Source: Candidatus Marinacidobacterium sp.
Lineage (GTDB): Bacteria; Acidobacteriota; Vicinamibacteria; Marinacidobacterales; Marinacidobacteraceae
DNA: 64,000 bases
NCBI GenBank assembly: GCA_965204755.1
Contig: OZ242011.1
Location: forward strand, 3,584,001-3,648,000
Direction: 5' to 3'
Positions within the stretch are counted from its first letter, which is position 1. Every line of letters starts with the position of its first letter. The position numbers and the translations under genes are program-made. Below, in pieces: positions 15,979-26,215 of the stretch. The notes under the pieces were generated by a model. It saw only the letters and a list, made by a program, of their open reading frames with translations. It was not told the origin of the DNA and did no database searches.

Positions 15979-17046
15979 CTATCCCGTCGAGGTGGTCAGC
16001 GATCTCGCCATGACTTCCCGGTAGATCGGATTGGCGATTCGGGGCGGGGGAGCGGGGGCGAGGAGGCCCGTATCGCGGAGATACAACAGGTCGTCTGTCT
16101 CGAAGGGCGGGCGTTGCCTCGAACCGGTGATCAACGGTTCGATACTGCGTCGGACTCGCTCTTCCCTGAGCCTCCGGATGACCGGTTCGAAGTGACCGGG
16201 ACGGTTCGCTAGCCATCGCTCTCGCGCGGCCGAGACCGCGTCCCTCGTGATTTCCCGGTTCCCATCCCGGCCCTTCGGGTCGCGGAAGCAGGCGGTGTCG
16301 GCCAAGGCGTTGACGAGCCACGGCTGGCCCAGCGTCGAATCCCGGATTTCCTCGACGGCGTCCGGTGTGAACCGCTGTCCGGTCTCCGCCGTGTGCTGCT
16401 CGAGCAGCGCGCGGGATTCGGCCTCCGAGAAGGGACGGAGTGGAACGAACTCCACCATGATGTTCAACGCCTCGTGGCGGGAAATCGCATAGTCCTTGGG
16501 GTGACGCCGACCACAGAGAACGATGCTCCAAGGAAACTTGGCAGGGCGTCTCTCGTAGCCGGCTCGGAGTTGGTGGAGGACGGTCAGCAGGGATTCATCC
16601 CGAAGGGAGTCCACTTCGTCCAGGAGCAAGACGATGGGCTGGGGACTGGCGGCGCTCCACCGGTTGAGCACCCAGCGGAGGGCATCCTCGGGGCCGGCGC
16701 GTTCGAGGCAGTTCTCCCATTCGCGGGATAGGAAGTCGTCGTCCAGAGAGTCCGAGGCCTCGGTCGCCAAGCGGTTGAGCGTCGCCCGGATTGCCCGCTC
16801 CAAGTCGTCGTCGGCCGTCTGCACGCCCTCGAGATTCACATGCATGGCCCGGTAGCCCCGGTCGTTCAGGGCGTCCCGCAGCGCATACAACGCGGTCGTC
16901 TTTCCGGTCCGGCGCGGCGCGAACACCGCGAAGTACTTCTTGCCCTCGACGAGATCCGGCATCGTGTCCGCGCCGAACCGTTGGAGCGGGTGGATGTGGT
17001 AGTGGTCATCCGGGAGGATCGGGCCGGAGGTGTTGAACTCCCGCAT
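15979..17046 (-). CDS. AAA-like ATPase (paralog 1, lacks the C-terminal nuclease-like domain)
   Basis: FNTSGP, Walker A APRRTGKTT, Walker B LLLDEVD, GQPWLVNALA, IANPIYREV, then stop. Confidence 0.8.
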   Translation of the reverse strand: MREFNTSGPILPDDHYHIHPLQRFGADTMPDLVEGKKYFAVFAPRRTGKTTALYALRDALNDRGYRAMHVNLEGVQTADDDLERAIRATLNRLATEASDSLDDDFLSREWENCLERAGPEDALRWVLNRWSAASPQPIVLLLDEVDSLRDESLLTVLHQLRAGYERRPAKFPWSIVLCGRRHPKDYAISRHEALNIMVEFVPLRPFSEAESRALLEQHTAETGQRFTPDAVEEIRDSTLGQPWLVNALADTACFRDPKGRDGNREITRDAVSAARERWLANRPGHFEPVIRRLREERVRRSIEPLITGSRQRPPFETDDLLYLRDTGLLAPAPPPRIANPIYREVMARSLTTSTG

Positions 17047-17061
17047 GGCCTCTCGGGTCGG

Positions 17062-18714
17062 TTACAGGCCCCAGATCCGGATTCCGCGATCCGTCGGGGC
17101 GGGGGATTCCGTAGCCGGGACCGCCTGCCACTCGGCGCCGGTCGGCTCGTCGCCGCGTTCGGGGCGGCTCGTTCTGCGCACCTTGACTTCGCGGTCGAAG
17201 ATCTTCTCCTCCCACGACTTGTTGCGGTCCGAGTCGAAGATGACCAAGTGCCCCTCCTCCGCGCCGGAGCGATCCATGTAGCCGGCGGTCTGCGCCGCGC
17301 CCTTTCGGATGACTTCCTCCAGACCGTCCCGCGTCCGCCGTACCTTGCACTCGATCACGAAGACTTGGGGGCGACCGCGCTTGCGCCACTCGATACGAAG
17401 ATCCGTGCGCCCCATGCCCAAGCCGTACTCCCTGGCTACGACGCCGCCGGCGTTCACCACGCGCTGCAGGAATGCCTGCAGCAGTACCTGGGCGGCGGCT
17501 TCGCCGTATGCGAAATCTCGCGACCACCACTCTGCGTTCTCGCGGAAGAACTGCCGGAACTCCGTCAGCAGGAGGATGGCATCGAGGGAGCCGTCGCTTT
17601 GGAGGTAGCGCGCGCTGTCGTTCGTCAGTCGCTCATCCGCATCGCGAGACAAGATACGAGGGATGACCTCCCGGTAGATCGGATTGGCGACCCGGACGGG
17701 AGGGTCAGATGCGATGAGCCCGATGTCGCGGACATACTCGACATCCTCGTTCGCCAATCGAGGCCATTCTTCGGACGCGGCCAGGACCGGCTCCATGACG
17801 CGGCGAACCCGATCTTCCTTGAGTCGGCGGGCGATGTGTTGGAAATGGACCGGTCGGCGCAGGATCAGGCGTTCCCGCGCGGCCGAGATCGACTCGGAGG
17901 TGATGTCTCGATCCCGAGCGGATCCGTCCGGGTCGTCGAAACAGGCGTGGGCGGCTAAGGCGTTCACCAACCAAGGTTGTCCCCGGGTCGCGCCCCAGAG
18001 GGCTTCGACAGCACTGTCCGTGAATCGCTGTCCGGTCTCCGTCGTGTGCTGGCCGAGCAGGTCGACCACCTCGGTCTCGGAAAAGTCGCCCAGACGAAGG
18101 GAGATGTCCGCGATGTTGAACGGGCTCGTGCTCGACAGGGTGTAGTCCTGGACCCGGCGCAGCCCGCACAACGCAACACTCCGGGGGAAACCGTCGTGGC
18201 GCCGGGGGTAGTCAGCCCGAAGTTGATGGAGAATTGCGAGCAGCGTCTCGTCGCGGAATCCATCCGCTTCATCCAGCAACAGTACGAGCGGCTTCGGGCT
18301 GGCCTCGGCCCAGCGGCCGAGAGCCTCGCGGAGGGCATCCTTCGGGCCGGACTCTTCCAGCAGTGCCCTACGATGTCGAGAGAGGAATTCGTCGCCGAGG
18401 GTGCGCCGCGCCTCGCTCGCCAAGCGACCGAGAATCGTTCGCATCGCCTGTTCCACATCGTCGTCGGGCGCCTGGGCACCCTCGAGGTTCGCATAGACAG
18501 CGCCATAGGCGCCGGCGTTCAGGGCATCCCGCAGAGCGAAGAGGGCGGTGGTCTTTCCCGTCTGGCGCGGGGCGTACACCACGAAGTACTGACTGCTCTT
18601 CACCAGGCGCAACAGGCGGTCGCAGCCGGCCCGCTGAAGCGGAGGGATGTGGTAATGCATCTCCGGCACGATGGGGCCGGCGGTGTTGAAGGTCCTCGTG
18701 GCTGGGGCGGTCAC
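17062..18714 (-). CDS. AAA-like ATPase fused to a PD-(D/E)XK-like C-terminal domain (paralog 2)
   Basis: APRQTGKTT, LLLDEAD, ANPIYREV; C-terminal REYGLGMGRTDL...FVIECK...QTAGY. Confidence 0.82.
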   Translation of the reverse strand: MTAPATRTFNTAGPIVPEMHYHIPPLQRAGCDRLLRLVKSSQYFVVYAPRQTGKTTALFALRDALNAGAYGAVYANLEGAQAPDDDVEQAMRTILGRLASEARRTLGDEFLSRHRRALLEESGPKDALREALGRWAEASPKPLVLLLDEADGFRDETLLAILHQLRADYPRRHDGFPRSVALCGLRRVQDYTLSSTSPFNIADISLRLGDFSETEVVDLLGQHTTETGQRFTDSAVEALWGATRGQPWLVNALAAHACFDDPDGSARDRDITSESISAARERLILRRPVHFQHIARRLKEDRVRRVMEPVLAASEEWPRLANEDVEYVRDIGLIASDPPVRVANPIYREVIPRILSRDADERLTNDSARYLQSDGSLDAILLLTEFRQFFRENAEWWSRDFAYGEAAAQVLLQAFLQRVVNAGGVVAREYGLGMGRTDLRIEWRKRGRPQVFVIECKVRRTRDGLEEVIRKGAAQTAGYMDRSGAEEGHLVIFDSDRNKSWEEKIFDREVKVRRTSRPERGDEPTGAEWQAVPATESPAPTDRGIRIWGL

Positions 18715-18794
18715 GACGGTGTGGAGGGCTTGGTTCGGGGAGGGAGGAGAGCGGGGCGTCGCTGCGGACGGCCGAATGGTAGGGCAGCGGCCGG

Positions 18795-19604
18795 TCAGGT
18801 GGCGGGGAGGGGGAGGAGGCGGCGGCGTTCGATGAGGGCTCGGAATCGGGTGGAGACGCTGAGGGCGAGGGGGCGGTCGCGGAGGACGATGCCCATCTCG
18901 ATGTTGCGGTCGAAGGCGGCTTCGGTGAGGTTGGCGGAGGTCACGAAGACGGATTCGTCGTCGGCGACGACGGCTTTGGCGTGGAGGACGCCGCCTTCCC
19001 CGCCGCCGTTGCCTTCCGGCGCGAGGGAGCGGGGGTCGTAGAAGACGGAGGGGCGGCGGCCGCCGGGCCAGTCCTTGTTCCAGAAGCGGTCAGCGAAGCG
19101 GCGAACCAGTTGGTCGGCGGGAGCGTCTTCGTGGCGCCGGCGCTGGATGTTCAGGAGCAGGGTGACTTCGAGGGCCGGGCGGTTCTCCATTCGCCGGGCG
19201 AGCGGGTGGAACGCCCGGGGGCCGTCGAAGAAGACGAACGACGAGACGAGCAGGGAGCGTTCGGCGCCGCCGATCAACTCCTCCACGACCCGGCGGGTAG
19301 CCCGGCCGTGGCAACCGGGGACCTCGGGGCCGGACCACACCAAGTCGGGGCGGGACCGGCGGCCCGACACGGCCTCGAACCCGGCGAGCCAAGCCGCGCA
19401 CCCCTCCGGGGAGACGCCGAGGCGGTCCAACTCGCCGAGCGCCGCCGCCACGCGTTCGGCGTCTTCGTCCGGCGGCAGTTCGGCCCGTACCGCGCCAGCC
19501 GCGTACGGCGGCGTCAGGAAACCGGTCGCGAGCGCCGTTCGCAGCCGCTCCCGCGCCGGGGGCGGCAGGGCGAGCAGGGTCTCGGCCGGGTCTCGATCAG
19601 ACAG
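18795..19604 (-). CDS. drmC: DISARM phospholipase D-family nuclease DrmC
   Basis: LVWSGPEV, single HKD motif LHAKAVVADD...TSANLT...NIEMG; position after drmB. The frame is open to about 19604 (CTG); first canonical start GTG at 19451. Confidence 0.85.
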   Translation of the reverse strand: MSDRDPAETLLALPPPARERLRTALATGFLTPPYAAGAVRAELPPDEDAERVAAALGELDRLGVSPEGCAAWLAGFEAVSGRRSRPDLVWSGPEVPGCHGRATRRVVEELIGGAERSLLVSSFVFFDGPRAFHPLARRMENRPALEVTLLLNIQRRRHEDAPADQLVRRFADRFWNKDWPGGRRPSVFYDPRSLAPEGNGGGEGGVLHAKAVVADDESVFVTSANLTEAAFDRNIEMGIVLRDRPLALSVSTRFRALIERRRLLPLPAT

Positions 19605-21411
19605 GGGAGTCGAAGAAGGCGGCGCCGCTACTCCCGAGGGTCGGGGCGACCAGTGCGCGGTCGAGGTAGTCGTTCCGCATTTCGCAGGAAGTCTCGGAGA
19701 TCAGCGTGCAGCCGTGGCAGGCGGCGCCGTGGAGCCAGCGGTGTTCGAGAGTCGAAGCCGGCTCGTGTTCGGAGCACACCGGATCGTTGGAGCAGACCTC
19801 CGCCATCCGCCGCGCGAAGCGCAGGTGCGCCTCGATGTTCCGGCCTTGGTGCACCAGGCCGCCGAGCGTGCCTTCGGCGTCCGGGCTTCCGGTGTAGAGC
19901 AGGATCCCGGCGCCCCGCTCCTCGACATAGATGCGTTCGCGGATCGCCCCGGCCGGGTAACCGCAGCGGAGCGCGAACGAGGAGATGAGCAGGTGGGAGA
20001 GCGTGTGCAGGAGGATGTAGCGCGCTCCGGGGAACGGCGGCACGACTTCGTTGCGCTGCGCGCGCCAGTGGTCGTATCCGGCTTCGAGCGCGGCCTCCCG
20101 CCGTTTCACCTCCGGGCGCGCCAGCCAGGACTGCAGGGCGTCCCCGGAGAACTCGAGGAAGACGCCTTCGCCCCGGTTCTCCACCGCGGGGTACCAGCGC
20201 GGCTCGTCCGCCAGACGGGCCACTTCCACATCGCCGGGGAAGTCGCCGTGGATGTCGGAAAGAAGCGCGTCGAACCGCGTGAATCCGGTGAGCGCCAACA
20301 CCTCCCGGAGGCGGTGGAGTTGATAGACGGCGACCGGGCCGGACGCGTCGGAAGAGCGCCGCCAGTGGAGGTCGGGGAGCCGGCGCACATGGAAGTCGTC
20401 GTCCACCGGCGGCTCGTCGCCGCAACCCTCCGGCGCGTCGAGGATGGCATCCAACTCGGCCTCCTTGACGGATCCCTTCTTCTTGCCGCCCGCCCGGTGC
20501 CCCTCGATCGCCCGGAGCACTTCGTCGTCGCCGTACGCTTGGAGAGCGGCGGTGATCCGGGGCTTCCGCTTCACGAATTCGAGACTCACGGCGTCGTCGA
20601 CGATCGAGAAGTCGTCCCAGTGTTCGTCCACGGTCTTCGCCAGTCCGACCTTGCCTTCCGGGAGGGAAAGGACGCGGAGCAATCGGGGGAAGTAGGAATT
20701 CGTGGCGGTCCGCACCAGGAGGCGGCTCTGTTCGGAACACGGCTCCCGTTTCCCGGGACCGAGCCAGGGAAGCGCGCCGGAGCAGGAACCGAGCGCCCCC
20801 TCCGCGGTCGCTTCGTGCATCCGCCGCGACGCCTTGCAGTCGCAGCGGACGATGATCTCGCCCAAGTCGCCGCCGGTGCCGTCTTCGTCCAGCCAGAGCG
20901 GCCGCGTTCCCGGGCACTCCTTCGAGCCGTGGACGAACTCCTGCCAGTCCAGGTCGTCCACATGGCCCTTCCGGCAGGCGCGGACGAAGCGGATCGGCAC
21001 CACCCGGTCGCCCTCGAAGCGGAGCCTCCGCCCCTGCTCGAGCATGTTGCGGTGGACCAGTCGTCTCTTTCTCCGGCTCCCGACGCTTCGCTCGTCGGGA
21101 CCGGGTTTCGCCTGCGCCACGAACCACAGCGGAAACCGCCAGCCGTCTATCCCCTCCGAGGAGGGCCGCTTCGACGAAGAATCCGAAGGCGGGGCGTAGA
21201 ACTGCGGCCACTCGATCCCGTAGACGCCGCGCAGCAGCCGCGACAGGCGCGGCTCGACGATCTCCTCCAGTTCGGAGAGTTGACCCTTCGGCGGCCAGGT
21301 CTCCGTGCCGGCGACGATCGCCGAGTCGCGGGGAAGGTCGAGCAGCGCTCCCGGGCCGTAGGTCGTGATGACCTGGCTGCGGCGAATCGTCCCGCCGTCG
21401 GAAACGCTCAC
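19597..21411 (-). CDS. drmB: DISARM DUF1998 protein DrmB
   Basis: IRRSQVITTYGPGAL, RFVRACRKGH, GEGVF, HTLSHLLI, GTLGGL, CSNDPVC...GAACHGC...SETSCE; GTGA overlap with the drmA stop. Confidence 0.92.
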   Translation of the reverse strand: MSVSDGGTIRRSQVITTYGPGALLDLPRDSAIVAGTETWPPKGQLSELEEIVEPRLSRLLRGVYGIEWPQFYAPPSDSSSKRPSSEGIDGWRFPLWFVAQAKPGPDERSVGSRRKRRLVHRNMLEQGRRLRFEGDRVVPIRFVRACRKGHVDDLDWQEFVHGSKECPGTRPLWLDEDGTGGDLGEIIVRCDCKASRRMHEATAEGALGSCSGALPWLGPGKREPCSEQSRLLVRTATNSYFPRLLRVLSLPEGKVGLAKTVDEHWDDFSIVDDAVSLEFVKRKPRITAALQAYGDDEVLRAIEGHRAGGKKKGSVKEAELDAILDAPEGCGDEPPVDDDFHVRRLPDLHWRRSSDASGPVAVYQLHRLREVLALTGFTRFDALLSDIHGDFPGDVEVARLADEPRWYPAVENRGEGVFLEFSGDALQSWLARPEVKRREAALEAGYDHWRAQRNEVVPPFPGARYILLHTLSHLLISSFALRCGYPAGAIRERIYVEERGAGILLYTGSPDAEGTLGGLVHQGRNIEAHLRFARRMAEVCSNDPVCSEHEPASTLEHRWLHGAACHGCTLISETSCEMRNDYLDRALVAPTLGSSGAAFFDSPV

Positions 21412-24400
21412 CGTTTCGGCTCCCGATAGACCGGGTCCCGGACGGAGATCCGGACCTCCGGCTCCACATCGCGGAGGGACCGCGCGGCGCGGAACTTCCG
21501 GTGGTGCTCGGTCTGGAAGTCCCGATCCAGCACCTCGCGGAGGAGCGGCGGACCGCTGTTTCCTTCGCGGGGCTGGTAACGAAGCGGGGAGCGGTCCTTC
21601 TCGTAGCCGTCCCGGATCCGCCCCCAGGCATCGAACAGGTCGGCCGTTCGCGCCTGGGCGGTCGCCTCGGCGGCGTCCCGTTCCTCGTCGCTCAGCGGCT
21701 GCCGGCGGATGCGTTCCCGGAACACGGACGCCACCCGCTCCCGCAGGTCGGCGGGCGCGTCCGAGATCCGGCGAGCGCCCTCGGCCGGCGTGAGCACGGG
21801 TTCGGCGTGGCGCGCGAGGGCCACCATCGCGCCGGCGAAGCCCCGATCCAGCGCCCGCGAGGAGAACGGCGTGACGGTCGCGGCCTCCACCGAACGGTAG
21901 AAGGTCTCGTGGTAGTGGCGGAAGCGTTCGTAGTGGGAGCGGTCGCGCGGTTTGTCGATGCTCAACAGCGTGACCACCAATCCCGGCCGGTTCGCGTCGC
22001 GCCCGACCCGGCTCGTCGCCTGGATGTATTCGGCGTGCACCTTCGGCTGGCCGAGGACGACCATCAACCCGAGGCGCTGGATGTCCATCCCGACGGAGAT
22101 CATGTTCGTGGCCAGCGCCCAGTCCACGGGGCTCTTTTCGTGGAAGCCGCGACCCAGGCGTTCGCGGGCGCGGGCGACTTCGCCGGTGGAAACGCGGGAA
22201 GTCAACTCCACGATCTCGGACCGGATGTCCCGGTCGCGGAACAGTCCCGGTTTCTCGCCCAGCCGGCGCCGAATGCCCAGCGACCTCAAGGTGCTTCGGA
22301 CTTCCTCTTCGAGGATGCGGCGGGCGCCGCCCAGGACGCGCAGGTTGTTGAAGTAACCGAGGACCGTCATGTAGGGATCGGCCGGGTTGTTCTCGTTCCT
22401 GTTCCACCCGGCATCGCCGAAAGCGCGCTGCGCCGCCCCCATCAGGGCGAGGACGACGCGGCGCATGAGCACCCTCGGGCTCCGTCCGGGCGCGGCGAGC
22501 CCCAGGTAACGCCGCGCCGGACTCTCTTCGGGAGTCCTGGCGCGGGCGAAGAAGGAATCGCGGCGCGTGATGCCGGGAGGCGGGAACAGGGCGGTTCGCG
22601 GGCGGGCGAAGACGGCCTGCATCTGCTCGTTCGCGCCGCGCGAAGTGGCCGTCGAGGCGATGATCTTGGGATTCGCGCCGCTTCCCCGAAGGGAGCAGAG
22701 ACCGCCGATGGCCGTCTCGTAGAGCCCGACCATGGTGCCGAGCGGGCCGGAGATCAGGTGCACTTCGTCCTGGATCACCAGGTCCGGCGGCGGGAGCGGC
22801 GAAGGAAGGCGTCGGCCGCCCCGTGAGGCGGAACCCGGCCCGGAGAAGCCCTGCGCATCCCAATGGGTAGCGCCGCCGAGCAGCAGGCCGGAGTCCCCGG
22901 TCCACGGGAGCGCTGCGAACTTGTCCACGGTGGCGATCAGGAAGGCGGGGAGCCGGCGGTAGAGCGGTTCGTCCACCCCGAGCACCGGGAGCGGACGGCC
23001 CCCGCCGAACTCGCACTCGAAGTCGAGGCACCGAAGGCGAAGGTCGCGCGGCCGGTCGGCGTCCGGTTCGAGTTGGAAGGACGCCGGCTCGAAGGACTTG
23101 CCGCACCACGGGCAACTCGCCAGCGGAATCGGGAGCGTCCTGCCGTCCCGCTGGAACTCGACGACCTTGGCGCGCGCCGTGTCGTCGCGCCTGTCGCCTT
23201 TCCGTCCCATCTGGTTCGGCGTGGCGGCCTTACCGACCCACAGCCCGATCTCGAACGGCCACAAGCCGTAGCGCTCCGGCGCCTTCTCGCGCTCGAGTTC
23301 GAGGGCGCAGACCAACCGGGAGGCGCGGTTCAACTGATCTATGGTGAGCAGCCGCAGCGTGTAGCGCATGATGACGCTCACCCCCGCGCCGGCGCGTCCC
23401 TCCTCCTCCGGCCGACGCAGCCGCCGGAGAACCATGGCGACCGCGGCGAGGCCGAGGTAGGCCTCCGTCTTCCCGCCGCCGGTGGGGAAGAACAACAGGT
23501 CCACCAGGTCGCGATCCGCGTGTTCCCCGTCGTTGAGCGCCGGAAGGTTCAATAGCAGGAAGGCGAGTTGGAAAGACCGCCAACGCGGTGAGTCGTCGGC
23601 CGTTCCCTCGGCGCCGGGGGCGCGAAGCGCCGCCGCAACGGCCCGGTTCGCGGTGCGGAAGGCGTCGAGGAGGGTCAGGTCGTCCGCCAGCGCCTCGATC
23701 CCGCGCTCGATTCGCGCGGCGGCGACCCCCGCCTCGTGGAGCAGGCGTTCCGCCGTTTCGCGCCGCTGCCGGGGCAGGGAATCGGCGCTGGCGCGCTGCT
23801 CTTCGATCCACGCCCGATAGCCGGTCGCGAGCGGCTCCAGCGCGGCGAGCGCCGCCGGGCCGTCCCGAAGGGCGCCGAGGGCATCCATGGATCTCTCCGC
23901 GCCCGTCGCGTCCTCGGTCTCCACGCGCTCCACTGCGGCGCTGCCGATCCACTCGGTCCGCACCCGGCGGCAGCCACCGCCGCCTTCCTCCGTCTCCCAG
24001 GCAGCCGAAACGCCGTGGCCCACGGCGAACTCCGGGGCGTCGGCGTAGTGGAGGTCGGCGACCCGTTCGTCGGGATCGTCCGCGTCCGCGCCGCGGAGAT
24101 CGTGCATCGGGGCGAACGGCGTGTCGGCCCGGACTTCGAGTTGGGCCTGGAACGCGAAGCGGAGGTCGCGCTCCTTCTCGTCCTTCGCGCGCCGGCGGCG
24201 ATTCGCCAGGAACACCGAGACGGAGCGCTCGCCGCCCTTCGCGCCCGCGTCCCCGCCGTCCGCCGACGCCGGGCGCGACCTCACATGGAATTGGAGTCCG
24301 TCGGAATCGGGGACCTCCAGGTCGGCGTTACCGGACGACAGGCTGACGGACACCGCGCCTTCCTTCTCCGCGCGCCGCCAGCAGCGGGCCTTCTTCCCGT

Positions 24401-24860
24401 CGTCCCGATCCTCATCCACCAACTCGTAGTCGCCCCAGCGCGCTACGAGTTCGAGGGTGTCGAGGCCGCCCGGCGCGCGGAAACTGAGGCCGATGGACGA
24501 GGGGAAGAAGGTCTTCTTGGCGGCCTTCTCCTTCGCCGCCGAGTCTTCGGAGTCGCCCTCACCCGCCGGTGTTTCCCCCACCTCCTCGTCCTCGCCCAGA
24601 TCAACCGTCCGGTCGTCGGTGGGCACCAGGAACCCGGTCAGGTACCACTTCGACGGCCGTTCCCGCTTGGGAAGCCGCTCGTCGGCGAACCGGTGGCCCG
24701 GCGTCGGCCCGACCAGGTCCAGCCGCAGCGCTTCGACGAGCGACTTGCGGACAGCGACGGAATCGGCCGGTGGCCGGTCGGCCCCGGCGCGTCCGTCCGT
24801 GGAAGCCGCGCCGGTGTCTTCCGGGGCGGCGTCCGCCGCCGAGCGCCCCTCCCTGTCCAT
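21408..24860 (-). CDS. drmA: DISARM helicase DrmA
   Basis: PSKWYLTGFL, EFAVGHG, WRSFQLAF, FPTGGGKTEAY, QDEVH, ATNMISVGMDI, YIQATSRVGR, RDRSHYE. Confidence 0.93.
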   Translation of the reverse strand: MDREGRSAADAAPEDTGAASTDGRAGADRPPADSVAVRKSLVEALRLDLVGPTPGHRFADERLPKRERPSKWYLTGFLVPTDDRTVDLGEDEEVGETPAGEGDSEDSAAKEKAAKKTFFPSSIGLSFRAPGGLDTLELVARWGDYELVDEDRDDGKKARCWRRAEKEGAVSVSLSSGNADLEVPDSDGLQFHVRSRPASADGGDAGAKGGERSVSVFLANRRRRAKDEKERDLRFAFQAQLEVRADTPFAPMHDLRGADADDPDERVADLHYADAPEFAVGHGVSAAWETEEGGGGCRRVRTEWIGSAAVERVETEDATGAERSMDALGALRDGPAALAALEPLATGYRAWIEEQRASADSLPRQRRETAERLLHEAGVAAARIERGIEALADDLTLLDAFRTANRAVAAALRAPGAEGTADDSPRWRSFQLAFLLLNLPALNDGEHADRDLVDLLFFPTGGGKTEAYLGLAAVAMVLRRLRRPEEEGRAGAGVSVIMRYTLRLLTIDQLNRASRLVCALELEREKAPERYGLWPFEIGLWVGKAATPNQMGRKGDRRDDTARAKVVEFQRDGRTLPIPLASCPWCGKSFEPASFQLEPDADRPRDLRLRCLDFECEFGGGRPLPVLGVDEPLYRRLPAFLIATVDKFAALPWTGDSGLLLGGATHWDAQGFSGPGSASRGGRRLPSPLPPPDLVIQDEVHLISGPLGTMVGLYETAIGGLCSLRGSGANPKIIASTATSRGANEQMQAVFARPRTALFPPPGITRRDSFFARARTPEESPARRYLGLAAPGRSPRVLMRRVVLALMGAAQRAFGDAGWNRNENNPADPYMTVLGYFNNLRVLGGARRILEEEVRSTLRSLGIRRRLGEKPGLFRDRDIRSEIVELTSRVSTGEVARARERLGRGFHEKSPVDWALATNMISVGMDIQRLGLMVVLGQPKVHAEYIQATSRVGRDANRPGLVVTLLSIDKPRDRSHYERFRHYHETFYRSVEAATVTPFSSRALDRGFAGAMVALARHAEPVLTPAEGARRISDAPADLRERVASVFRERIRRQPLSDEERDAAEATAQARTADLFDAWGRIRDGYEKDRSPLRYQPREGNSGPPLLREVLDRDFQTEHHRKFRAARSLRDVEPEVRISVRDPVYREPKR

Positions 24861-24915
24861 CGGGGACCGGCCCTCCTGCGTCTCGGCTCGGTGAGGAAGG
24901 ACGCCGGCGGGACGA

Positions 24916-25398
24916 TCAGTCCGTCTCGAACGGGACCTGGAGACGGATGGACATGGCGCTCGTCGGCACGAAGAAGATCTTCGCCAGGGCCTCGACCGTG
25001 TTCGCGCCGCGCGAAGCCTCGTCGCGGATCAGGCCCATGGGCATCAGGAGCCAGGCGGCGAAGCGGTTGGCCTGGGTCTCCGCCCTCCCGCCGAGGCGGC
25101 TTCGGTAGAGCCCGTCGTCCGTGACGCCCCGGCCGATGCTCTCCAGATGCAGCACATAGTGGCCGATCTCGTGGGCGATGGTGTAGCGGCGCCGAGCGTC
25201 CGGGTGCGCGGCGTTGGTCAAGATCTTGTAGCCGCTGGAGCCGGTCTTCTCCGGGTCGGGCCTGATGCCGCCGGAAGCGCCGTTCTTCCAGTCCGCCATG
25301 AACAGGGGGATCCCGAGGTCGCGAGCGACCGCGGCCACGGAGACGGGAGCGCTGCGCCGATGGGAGCACACGATCTCCATGACGGTCTTCGAAGCCAT
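24916..25398 (-). CDS. ImmA/IrrE family (M78) metallopeptidase
   Basis: RRYTIAHEIGH (HExxH at 25173-25159), ETQANRFAAWLLMP, C-terminal HTH-like LAKIFFVP...RL. Confidence 0.88.
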   Translation of the reverse strand: MASKTVMEIVCSHRRSAPVSVAAVARDLGIPLFMADWKNGASGGIRPDPEKTGSSGYKILTNAAHPDARRRYTIAHEIGHYVLHLESIGRGVTDDGLYRSRLGGRAETQANRFAAWLLMPMGLIRDEASRGANTVEALAKIFFVPTSAMSIRLQVPFETD

Positions 25399-25763
25399 CA
25401 GGGCACGATCTCCTTCCGTTCTTCAGAGTCCTCTTCGCCCTCGGGCTCGGTAGGGAGGTGTTCGTCCGCGACCCGAAGCGCGCGCATCTGGCGGCGAGCC
25501 TCCTTCCCGGCGACCCGCCCGGCCACCGAGCGCGCCTCGTTCTTGAGGGACTGGTAGCCGAGGACGCCGAAGACCCCGACGACGAGAGCCAGGATGACCA
25601 GGATCATCTCCATGAACCAGAGGTGGAGGGACACTTGGCTGTAGATGCGCTCCGCGAACAGGGGCGGGGCCAGCCGCACCGGCACGCCCACGAAGCCGAG
25701 GAGCAGGGCGCCGATCCCGCAGACCGCGCCGACGACGGCGCTGACGCTCACGAGCCGGGTCAT
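25398..25763 (-). CDS. Small membrane protein (two hydrophobic helices, charged C-terminal tail)
   Basis: GGAGG RBS before the ATG; two hydrophobic segments; stop overlaps the ATG of the peptidase. Confidence 0.7.
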   Translation of the reverse strand: MTRLVSVSAVVGAVCGIGALLLGFVGVPVRLAPPLFAERIYSQVSLHLWFMEMILVILALVVGVFGVLGYQSLKNEARSVAGRVAGKEARRQMRALRVADEHLPTEPEGEEDSEERKEIVP

Positions 25764-26215
25764 GCCTGCCTCCGGTGAGTCGAGCCCGGACGCCGGACGC
25801 CGGGGCGAACTCCGGGCGGAGCGTCCGCCGGGCGGCCGAAGAGGGCCGTGGTCGAGAAAAGGGGCCTCAGAGCCCCGAACCGCGATCCCCGAACCGGGAA
25901 CCGCGGGGGATACCGCAAGAGCACTTGCCGTAACTCCTTGAAAAAGCGAACAACATCAAGATTCAAGGTTGGGACAAGGTTGCCCGGAAGGCTATCACGG
26001 CGGAAAGGACAGGCCGGTGTCGACGAGCCCTGACCGGCGCACCGAGTAACGACCCGTCTCGCCGCTTCGGGACCGGTCGGCGGGTTCTGTCGGAATTCGC
26101 GTGGCGGAGGAGTCCACCGGCGGCGTCGTCCCGGCCTGCCGCGGCGCCCCGCCGGGATGGTTCCTGATGAGGAGAGGCGAGGCAGCCGGAGCGGGGAGCC
26201 CGGCAAGACGGCGGG

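Noticed and set aside
25764-26215. Riboswitch, tRNA or att site in the DISARM gap
   Set aside because: No recognisable cobalamin/Moco/SAM consensus, cloverleaf or matching direct repeat elsewhere in the window; the short ORFs here look spurious.
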